DNA of 64,000 nucleotides from a virus: positions 96,001 to 160,000 of the IMG/VR virus record IMGVR_UViG_3300047558_000077; one strand, 5' to 3'. A program made the position numbers and the translations under genes. Under the pieces are notes generated by a model that was not told the origin of the DNA, did not search any database, and saw nothing but the letters and a program-made list of their open reading frames with translations. Below, in pieces: positions 26,486 through 33,551 of this stretch. Each line of letters begins with the position of its first letter. Position 1 is the first letter of the stretch.

Positions 26486-26749
26486 ATGCCATATTATACG
26501 TTTCGCAATAAAAAGACTAATGAAGAAATGACTGTCCAGATGACTATGGCAGAACATGATACATATCTAAATGACAAGCCTGATTGGGAACAGGTTATTC
26601 GTGCTGTCAACTTTGCTGATCCTGTGACCATAGGCGTCACCAAACCTCCGTCCGATTTTCAGAAGTATGTGCTTGGTCGTGTCAAAGAAAAGATGCCAGG
26701 CGCTACTGCTATTGCTAACAAGCGTTGGGACATTCCCAAGGAGATTTAG
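26486..26749 (+). CDS. FmdB-like small protein, paralogue 2
   Basis: MPYYTF.NKKTNEE...MT.AE.D.YL..KP. Confidence 0.6.
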   Translation: MPYYTFRNKKTNEEMTVQMTMAEHDTYLNDKPDWEQVIRAVNFADPVTIGVTKPPSDFQKYVLGRVKEKMPGATAIANKRWDIPKEI

Positions 26750-26780
26750 CCTGTCAGAAGATCAACCTTCCAGAAAGTTT

Positions 26781-26817
26781 AGAGGTCGTGCCCGTAAAAA
26801 GGCATCGACCTCTTTTT
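26781..26817 (+). terminator. Rho-independent terminator
   Basis: AGAGGTCG-TGCC...GGCA-T-CGACCTCT followed by T-run. Confidence 0.7.
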
Positions 26818-26858
26818 GTTATGATGATGTGACTAACAATAACAAAAAAGGTCAATAT

Positions 26859-27575
26859 ATGTCACGTAAGAATAGAAGAAATAGCAAGCAACAAAATCAA
26901 AATCAAAACTTTGAGGAGAACAATCATTTTGCTTTGCGTCATATCAATCCACTAACAGTAAACCAGCAAAGAGTGTGGGACGCATACAATAATGAATCTA
27001 ATCTCATGTTGCATGGCTATGCCGGTACCGGTAAAACCTTTCTATCAATGTATCTTGCACTAAAGGAGGTCCTAACCAGCGACATATATAAGAGGGTCGT
27101 TATCATCCGCTCAGTTGTTCCATCCAGAGACATGGGTTTTCTACCAGGAACAGAGAAACAAAAAGCGGAAGTATATGAACAACCCTATCAAGAAATCTGT
27201 GACAATCTATTTGGTCGTGGAGATGGATGGCGCATATTGAAACTAAAGAGACTTGTTGAGTTTACGACAACATCGTTTCTACGTGGCACTACGTTCAACG
27301 ATTCTATTATCATTGTTGATGAGTGCAACAATATGAACTTTCAAGAGATTGATACAGTTATGACTCGTATTGGTAATAACTCTCGTATCATTTTCTGTGG
27401 AGACTATCGCCAGGCAGATTTACATAAACCACATGATAAAACAGGTATCAAAGAGTTGATGGCAGTTACTCGCCGTATGCCATCATTTGAGCATATTGAA
27501 TTTGGTATTGAGGACATTGTCCGCTCTGGTGTGGTAAAAGAGTATATCATCCAGAAAACTGAAATGGGACTGTGA
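26859..27575 (+). CDS. phoH: PhoH-like ATPase
   Basis: GYAGTGKT Walker A; MGFLPG; FLRGTTF; IIVDECNN; TRIG; GDYRQAD; DIVRSG. Confidence 0.93.
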   Translation: MSRKNRRNSKQQNQNQNFEENNHFALRHINPLTVNQQRVWDAYNNESNLMLHGYAGTGKTFLSMYLALKEVLTSDIYKRVVIIRSVVPSRDMGFLPGTEKQKAEVYEQPYQEICDNLFGRGDGWRILKLKRLVEFTTTSFLRGTTFNDSIIIVDECNNMNFQEIDTVMTRIGNNSRIIFCGDYRQADLHKPHDKTGIKELMAVTRRMPSFEHIEFGIEDIVRSGVVKEYIIQKTEMGL

Positions 27576-27584
27576 CTAAATAGC

Positions 27585-27609
27585 AGGTGGGAGTGCAATG
27601 CTCCCACCT
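27585..27609 (+). terminator. Stem-loop after phoH
   Basis: AGGTGGGAG-7 nt-CTCCCACCT perfect 9-bp stem. Confidence 0.55.
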
Positions 27610-27615
27610 ATTCAC

Positions 27616-27644
27616 TTGACAATTCAGTAAAGGTGATATATAAT
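27616..27644 (+). promoter_or_regulatory. Consensus sigma70 promoter
   Basis: TTGACA-17 bp-TATAAT. Confidence 0.8.
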
Positions 27645-27655
27645 GAACACATACC

Positions 27656-28333
27656 ATGAAAACTTTTAGACATTTATACAACGATCCGATTCTATGTGAA
27701 CTGAAAAGGGAAGAATATAATGGCAAGCGATACTACATATCTCCAACAGGCAAGAGACTTCCCTCCGTTACTACCTTCTTATCCCATTTTAAAGGGGACG
27801 CCATCCTCAAGTGGCGGCAAAAAGTGGGGGAAGAAGAAGCGAATAAAATATCAGCAAGAGCAAGCCGAAGAGGTACAAAATTTCATTCTCTTATGGAATC
27901 TTATCTCGGAAATCAGGAAGGATTCCTAACTCACAAAGATGTTATGCCAGATATGCGACATTCTTTCAGATTGATGCAGCCTCTGGTTGACAGAATAGAC
28001 AATATACATTATATTGAGACTATGCTTTATAGCGATGCATTAGGACTCGCTGGACAGGTAGATTGTATAGCAGAGTTCGATGGTGTTCCTTCCATTATAG
28101 ATTTCAAAACATCTCTAAAACTGAAAAAAGAGGAATGGATTCTAAACTACTTTGAACAATGCACCTGCTATTCTTTGATGTATGAGGAAATGACAGGAGT
28201 GAAGTGCAAGCAGATTGTTGTATTGATAGCAGTTGATGGCGAAGACCCGCAATGTTTTGTCAAGCAACGTAAGGACTACATTCCAGAACTAGCCAATAAG
28301 ATCAAAACATTTAGACAGGAGTTTGTGTTATGA
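27656..28333 (+). CDS. PD-(D/E)xK exonuclease (Cas4/lambda-exo-like)
   Basis: PSVTT; RGT.FH; AGQVDCIA...IIDFKTS; Q...Y. Confidence 0.85.
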   Translation: MKTFRHLYNDPILCELKREEYNGKRYYISPTGKRLPSVTTFLSHFKGDAILKWRQKVGEEEANKISARASRRGTKFHSLMESYLGNQEGFLTHKDVMPDMRHSFRLMQPLVDRIDNIHYIETMLYSDALGLAGQVDCIAEFDGVPSIIDFKTSLKLKKEEWILNYFEQCTCYSLMYEEMTGVKCKQIVVLIAVDGEDPQCFVKQRKDYIPELANKIKTFRQEFVL

Positions 28334-28449
28334 GAAAAGCATATCTAGCAATAGCATTGGTGTTTCTTAGTTTGGGTTTGTCTGGTTGTGTTTTGGCGAC
28401 CGTCGGTAAGTGCGTTGTATGGGATGCAACTAGCCGTCCCTGTAACTGA
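28330..28449 (+). CDS. 39-aa micro-lipoprotein (not in ORF track)
   Basis: MRKAYLAIALVFLSLGLSG|CVLATVGKCVVWDATSRPCN*; canonical lipobox LSGC. Confidence 0.65.
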   Translation: MRKAYLAIALVFLSLGLSGCVLATVGKCVVWDATSRPCN

Positions 28450-28488
28450 ACCAATTATAGAAGATTTTGAAAATCAGATACCAGAAGA

Positions 28489-29955
28489 ATGATTATCACT
28501 CGTAACTGGATACGTGACGACATACTCATATACACCGAGAAAGCCACTGGCGGTCTTCGTGTGTATGGTAAGAAAGACATATGCGAGTTTATCAATTATT
28601 GGAAACTGAAACTACTATCACATAATGCAAAGCCTGGTGATAAATTAGGATTTACGTTTGAGAACACCGAGATTCATTCTTATGCTCTTATGTTTGCAGC
28701 ATTTGAACTTGGGTTACGTGTTGTGGTTTTACATCGACCAAGCACAGAGAAGGAATGTTTGGCACCAAAAAGCAATGCTCATTTACCTCTAGACTTCTAT
28801 GTCTATCTCACATCATACCTAAATCGTTCAACTACTGTCACGGGTGTCAATCATTATCGAAAGCATTCTAAAGTTTGCATTAGCTATGGTCCTATGGAAT
28901 GGACCGAGTTTAGTGAAGACTTTAGATCAAATGAAGAAACACCTATAACAGTCAAACCCGACGATGTTGCTTTTTGTTGTAACAGTAGCGGTACAACCGG
29001 AGATCCTAAACTCATATCATACACACACGAGTTTCTTTACAACCTATGCACACATAACTGGCAAGACTTAGGTTATAAAGACGATGATACCATTGTGCAT
29101 CTGTCTTCCCTAAATCACGGTGGAGTCATAACTTTACTATTACCGGCACTAAGAACTTGCAAGACACACTTCTTTTATAACTACATCTTTGCAGCATCAT
29201 ATGATCGTCTTCTATCATTCATAGATGTTTGTCTAGATTATAATGTGTCAAAAATATTCTTTGCAAACGGTGGGGAGCTGAATACGCTCATTGATCACTT
29301 AATAGAAACCGATAATAAACTATCCAATGTTAGTGCCTACATTCTTTCGTTTATCAGTCCTAGATGGTCAGATACTATTCGTGATCAAAGACTAAAGGAG
29401 ATTGTTAGCGTTTTTGGTTGTAGTGAGATATGTGGTCCTGTCTTTATGCCTAGACTAGACAATAGCAATGTTGATGGCTTTGATCCAAAGTTACTAGGCA
29501 AGCCAATGACAGGCTTCTATGAAACAAAGATCATTAATAACAGAATACACACGAAACTAAAAGACGGAGGAGAGTTTGTCTTTGATGATGTTGTAGAAGA
29601 TAGAGTAGAAGGCGCTTATTTCATATCAAAGAATAGACTACAGAAGATCAATGATGTGGATATCAATCCACTGGACATTATAGAGATAGTAGAAAGATAT
29701 GTATCACGGTATGAGTTTGAGTTATATGTGGACGAAATCTATAACGAGATATACATCATAACTTCCAATGCCAATCTTGATAGAGGGAAGATAAGACAAG
29801 ACATATCTGCATTCTATCTGGACAAGATAACTCTAACCGATATCATATACGAAAAGGAACTATATGATACTCGGATCACTCACAAAGCGGAAAGAGATAA
29901 ACTATCACACATAGTTGAAAGATTCCGCTTGACATTTCAGAATAACTCTGTATAA
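28489..29955 (+). CDS. Adenylate-forming (ANL/AMP-binding) enzyme
   Basis: P-loop NSSGTTGDPK; L.HGG; FGCSE; A10-like K..R..L near C-terminus. Confidence 0.72.
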   Translation: MIITRNWIRDDILIYTEKATGGLRVYGKKDICEFINYWKLKLLSHNAKPGDKLGFTFENTEIHSYALMFAAFELGLRVVVLHRPSTEKECLAPKSNAHLPLDFYVYLTSYLNRSTTVTGVNHYRKHSKVCISYGPMEWTEFSEDFRSNEETPITVKPDDVAFCCNSSGTTGDPKLISYTHEFLYNLCTHNWQDLGYKDDDTIVHLSSLNHGGVITLLLPALRTCKTHFFYNYIFAASYDRLLSFIDVCLDYNVSKIFFANGGELNTLIDHLIETDNKLSNVSAYILSFISPRWSDTIRDQRLKEIVSVFGCSEICGPVFMPRLDNSNVDGFDPKLLGKPMTGFYETKIINNRIHTKLKDGGEFVFDDVVEDRVEGAYFISKNRLQKINDVDINPLDIIEIVERYVSRYEFELYVDEIYNEIYIITSNANLDRGKIRQDISAFYLDKITLTDIIYEKELYDTRITHKAERDKLSHIVERFRLTFQNNSV

Positions 29956-29961
29956 TAAATA
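29929..29961 (+). promoter_or_regulatory. tmRNA promoter (sigma70 plus overlapping late-like box)
   Basis: TTGACA-16 bp-TATAAT, overlapping AATAAATA. Confidence 0.7.
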
Positions 29962-30252
29962 CTATGCCGAGGTCGTTGAGAGGAACGGCATAGACGTTTC
30001 GGACGGGAGTTCGACTCTCCCCACCTCCACCATAGGTACACATTTTGAGGTCTTGGTCGTTACCAGCATGGCAAAAACGGCGACAATGTGTATCTTTGAT
30101 GGGGGTGTAACGGGTATCGACGGGCGTAGTAAGGGTTCAAGGAGACCAAAGGCAAATTGCAGGTGCAGCAAACGACAATGTACCATTTGATTACGCTCTA
30201 GCAGCATAATCATTGGGGTGGCGACTTCCCTAGAAACAGAAAAGTCGCATTT
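29962..30252 (+). ncRNA. ssrA: Circularly permuted two-piece tmRNA; tag (A)ANDNVPFDYALAA
   Basis: T-arm GGGAG-TTCGACT-CTCCC and CACCTCC-ACCA (30022-30032) precede the 5' acceptor strand GGGGGTG (30101-30107), giving a 7-bp stem with G3:U; tag frame 30165-30209 ends in ALAA-TAA; outer boundaries approximate. Confidence 0.93.
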
Positions 30253-30267
30253 TCAAAAAGGATCTAT

Positions 30268-30495
30268 GTGATGACACCGGATGATATTCAAAAGTTTAGT
30301 ATGGAGATCGAGGAACTGGTCTATATGAAGGACATTCCTTATATTGATGCTGTTGTGGAATACTGTGAGATGACCGGGTTTGAAATAGAAACTGCGGCCA
30401 AATTAGTCTCCGGCGTTCTCAAATCTAAAATCAAACTCGAAGCAGAAAACCTCCACTACCTCAAAAAGTCAAACACCTCACAACTTCCTCTCTAA
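30268..30495 (+). CDS. gp33: Late promoter transcription co-activator
   Basis: FS.EIE..V....YIDAVV.YCE..E.E..AKL...LK.KI..EA..L.YL. Confidence 0.85.
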   Translation: MMTPDDIQKFSMEIEELVYMKDIPYIDAVVEYCEMTGFEIETAAKLVSGVLKSKIKLEAENLHYLKKSNTSQLPL

Positions 30496-30511
30496 AAGGA
30501 GAACCTATATT

Positions 30512-31360
30512 ATGTCTGAACCGCATACGATTACTAAATCGGTTTTTGACCGTGAAGAAACAACACACATCGCTAATGTCAAAGCAAAGTTGGAATCAGC
30601 ACTATCTGGTGCTGGTGTATTTGACTGTATGCAACTCAAAGTCAGCGATGATGGAGATCGTGAAGCGATAACGCATAAACTTCAACCCGATCAGCGACAC
30701 AATATTGTGATTGCCGGCGGTGTAATGGCTTCTCTTATCAGCAATGAGCATGTCAATGATATTGATGTGTTTATACTCAATTCCAAAGAATCTTTGTTCA
30801 ATTCTCTTATTCGCTTTAAAAGAGGTAAATGGAATGTTCGTTACCAACTGAATGAGGATGAAAACTATTACAATCCTCATATCATCGCTACAGCAACAAA
30901 CAAAGAATCAAAAGTTCAGTATATTCTAACGGACTTCACTAATCGACAAGATATACTAAAGGACTTTGACTTTCTACATTGTACCTGTTCGTATCACAAC
31001 GATCAGTTGTTTATCAGTCGGGAGACATATGATGCTATCGTCAAAAAGCATTTGATTTGTCAGAACAAAAAGAAGAAGCCTAAAAAATGGCGTATAGATA
31101 AGTTTCTCGGTCGTGGTTGGTCGGATCACACTAATCCAGACTATAAACTTATCACCATTTTTGACAAAGCAATTGAAAGGTCAATGGCCCAAAAGAGTGC
31201 GGCAATGCTTGAAAAATATGAGTGGCCAACCACCAGCATGGGCGCTGAATACAATGAAAAGGCATGGAAAGAACTATTCGAGAAAGATAAAGAAAAGTGG
31301 AGAGTGAAGGAAGAATCTAGTCTTCCTGACTATTGGAAAAACATTGTAAGAGAATTATGA
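30512..31360 (+). CDS. Pol-beta superfamily nucleotidyltransferase (CCA/poly(A) polymerase head-like)
   Basis: IAGG....L......NDIDVF; VQYI; DFDF.HC. Confidence 0.6.
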   Translation: MSEPHTITKSVFDREETTHIANVKAKLESALSGAGVFDCMQLKVSDDGDREAITHKLQPDQRHNIVIAGGVMASLISNEHVNDIDVFILNSKESLFNSLIRFKRGKWNVRYQLNEDENYYNPHIIATATNKESKVQYILTDFTNRQDILKDFDFLHCTCSYHNDQLFISRETYDAIVKKHLICQNKKKKPKKWRIDKFLGRGWSDHTNPDYKLITIFDKAIERSMAQKSAAMLEKYEWPTTSMGAEYNEKAWKELFEKDKEKWRVKEESSLPDYWKNIVREL

Positions 31361-31995
31361 AACACTTTTCTGGATATGGAGCATATCTGTTATTCTTGGC
31401 CTTGAGGACACATTTCACCAAGGCCAAGTATGACTTCTTTGAAATGAACGGCAAACTCCGTGCTAACAAAGAGTCATATGAAAAACGCAGAGATAAAATG
31501 TTCTTTGTGAAGTTGGCTAAGACATACAATACAGAAGAACTAAAATACTTCTTTGTAGCCAACTTCCTAGACGACAGACATTACATAACCGACATGTTAT
31601 CGGAGGAAGCACACGGAGCCTATTATGAATTTGAGAAACGAAGACAATCGCTATCCTATGTCTTCAAGAATGATATTGAAAAGTTATTTGAGAATGGGTG
31701 CCATTCTGCTTTCAAGTCTGATGATGGTGATTATCCTTTGCTTGTCGGCATGGTTCTCAGCCGAGATGTCTCTTTGGATTCTGCGGTTATTCTGAATGAG
31801 TTTGTTCCTTATGTGTCAAAATTTGATAAATATATGGACGACGATTGTATATGGCAAAAAGTATCAAGTAAGATCAAAAAGTATAGACCATTTCTAAAGT
31901 ATGAAAAAGATAAGATGAAGATCATACTGAAAGGTGTAATACATGAACAAAGAGAAAAGACAGAAGCGTTTTCAGCAAAAACAGCGACACATTGA
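31357..31995 (+). CDS. gp59: Helicase loader
   Basis: AY..FLALRTHF...YDFF..NGK......Y.KRRD..FF.KLA; position between gp33 and gp32. Confidence 0.85.
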   Translation: MKHFSGYGAYLLFLALRTHFTKAKYDFFEMNGKLRANKESYEKRRDKMFFVKLAKTYNTEELKYFFVANFLDDRHYITDMLSEEAHGAYYEFEKRRQSLSYVFKNDIEKLFENGCHSAFKSDDGDYPLLVGMVLSRDVSLDSAVILNEFVPYVSKFDKYMDDDCIWQKVSSKIKKYRPFLKYEKDKMKIILKGVIHEQREKTEAFSAKTATH

Positions 31996-32254
31996 ACGCC
32001 AGTTTTCTATTCGAAAGACAAATAACTCATTATGGGATTATAACAACAACGAAGAACAAAAGCACCGTTATCACAAGATGAAAGGATGGACTTGCCATTC
32101 TGGTTGTGCTTTGTGTGGTAATCCTAGAACATATTGGGGTGCTAAGACGCTTCAAGAAACAAAGTTTGAATGTTCCGCAGTTGAACAAACTAATCGGGAC
32201 GCTATTGGTAAACAGGAATGGGAAGATTTGAATGATCCTAGAATGGAGTGGTGA
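31943..32254 (+). CDS. Basic Zn-binding phage protein
   Basis: HRYHK...CHSGCALCGNPR. Confidence 0.55.
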   Translation: MNKEKRQKRFQQKQRHIERQFSIRKTNNSLWDYNNNEEQKHRYHKMKGWTCHSGCALCGNPRTYWGAKTLQETKFECSAVEQTNRDAIGKQEWEDLNDPRMEW

Positions 32255-32324
32255 CTAAATACTAAGAACAGGATTGTTGTTATGGATTTTCCTGTGAGAT
32301 ACATCTATCTTTAAGGAGAAAGGT

Positions 32325-32504
32325 ATGACAAGAGAAGACTTAATCGATTCAATGGAAATCATTATCAAGGAACACTCACCTGAAAACGCAGCCGAGTATA
32401 TCTACCGTCTGTGGACAAATCATAATGACTATGAGATTAAGAAGGGTAAGGTGGTCCATATCACCAAGGGTCTTGATATCTCGCAGAAAGTTCCGAGGGA
32501 TTAA
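32325..32504 (+). CDS. 59-aa hypothetical protein (not in ORF track)
   Basis: AAGGAG RBS; ACTAAATA late-like box at 32254. Confidence 0.5.
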   Translation: MTREDLIDSMEIIIKEHSPENAAEYIYRLWTNHNDYEIKKGKVVHITKGLDISQKVPRD

Positions 32505-32514
32505 TACTATATAC

Positions 32515-32543
32515 TTGACAGGAGCTTCGGCTCCTGTTATAAT
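32515..32543 (+). promoter_or_regulatory. Consensus promoter for gene 32 with a UUCG hairpin in its spacer
   Basis: TTGACA-17 bp-TATAAT; ACAGGAGC-TTCG-GCTCCTGT. Confidence 0.8.
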
Positions 32544-32604
32544 ACACTTATTGTTATGATGATGTGGATAATACGACTATACAACGAACATACGGAGAAA
32601 TACT

Positions 32605-33528
32605 ATGAACTTTGCAAACCTTAAGAAACAGTCAAAAGATTTCAGCAGCCTTCTCAAGAAGGTTGATGAACTCAATAAGCCCACCTACGATAGAGACGAT
32701 TCCACAGACAACTATTGGAAGCCAACGCCCGATAAGGCTGGCAATGCTCTAGCTGTCATTCGCTTTCTTCCTGGTCCAGCCGTTGATGGCGACGATGCTC
32801 TACCATGGGTTCAGTATTGGGATCACGGTTTTCAGAACAAGACAACCGGTAAGTGGTATATTGAAAAGTCTCTGACTACACTCGGTCAGAAGGATCCTGT
32901 TTCTGAATATAACTCCACACTTTGGAACTCTAGCAGCGATGATAATTCGCCGGAGCGCAAGCAGGCCCGTGACCAGAAGCGTCGCCTGCATTACGTTTCT
33001 AACATCTATGTTGTGAGTGATCCTAAGAATCCTCAGAATGAAGGCAAGGTCTTTCTATTCAAGTATGGTAAGAAAATCTTTGATAAGCTAACAAAGATGA
33101 TGAACCCAGACCTTGAGTCCGAAGAAGCTATCAATCCATATGATCTATGGGCTGGTGCTAACTTCAAGTTGAAGATGGTCCGTCAGTCTGGCTTTCCAAA
33201 CTATGACGAGTCAACATTCTTGGCTCCTGGTCCATTGTCAAAAGATGACGATGAACTAGAAAAGATTTGGAAGAGTGAATATTCACTTGCTGAAATTACC
33301 GATCCGAAGAACTTTAAGACATACGATCAGTTGAAGGCACGTTTGGATGAAGTTCTCGGTCTTGGTGGTTCACCCGCTCGTGCGGCTAAGCCAACAATTG
33401 AAGATAGTGAAGAGGTTCCGTTTACGGACTCGAAGCCGGTCGCTAAGACCACAACTAAGGCTCCCGTTGTCGAAGACGAAGACGAAGACCTTAAGATGTT
33501 CCGTGAACTAGCTGATCTAGACGACTAA
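32605..33528 (+). CDS. gp32: Single-stranded DNA-binding protein
   Basis: AVIRFLP, HGF....WYIE, NIYVV.DP.NP.NEGKVFLFKYGKKI, GANFKLK, NYD.S.F; acidic tail. Confidence 0.95.
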   Translation: MNFANLKKQSKDFSSLLKKVDELNKPTYDRDDSTDNYWKPTPDKAGNALAVIRFLPGPAVDGDDALPWVQYWDHGFQNKTTGKWYIEKSLTTLGQKDPVSEYNSTLWNSSSDDNSPERKQARDQKRRLHYVSNIYVVSDPKNPQNEGKVFLFKYGKKIFDKLTKMMNPDLESEEAINPYDLWAGANFKLKMVRQSGFPNYDESTFLAPGPLSKDDDELEKIWKSEYSLAEITDPKNFKTYDQLKARLDEVLGLGGSPARAAKPTIEDSEEVPFTDSKPVAKTTTKAPVVEDEDEDLKMFRELADLDD

Positions 33529-33533
33529 GATTT

Positions 33534-33551
33534 GGGGAGCTTCGGCTCCCC
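33534..33551. terminator. Hairpin terminator between convergent genes
   Basis: GGGGAGC-TTCG-GCTCCCC. Confidence 0.75.

Noticed and set aside
26667-26858. N-terminal extension of PhoH in the ORF track
   Set aside because: Overlaps the upstream gene and a terminator hairpin; the likely start is ATG 26859
27656-28333. cas4 as part of a CRISPR-Cas locus
   Set aside because: No other cas genes or array; this exonuclease is a usual neighbour of phoH in T4-like phages
30001-30032. tRNA gene (T-arm plus CCA)
   Set aside because: No D or anticodon arm upstream; its acceptor partner lies downstream at 30101, so it is the acceptor piece of the permuted tmRNA
29962-30213. 83-aa minus-strand ORF
   Set aside because: Antisense shadow of the tmRNA gene
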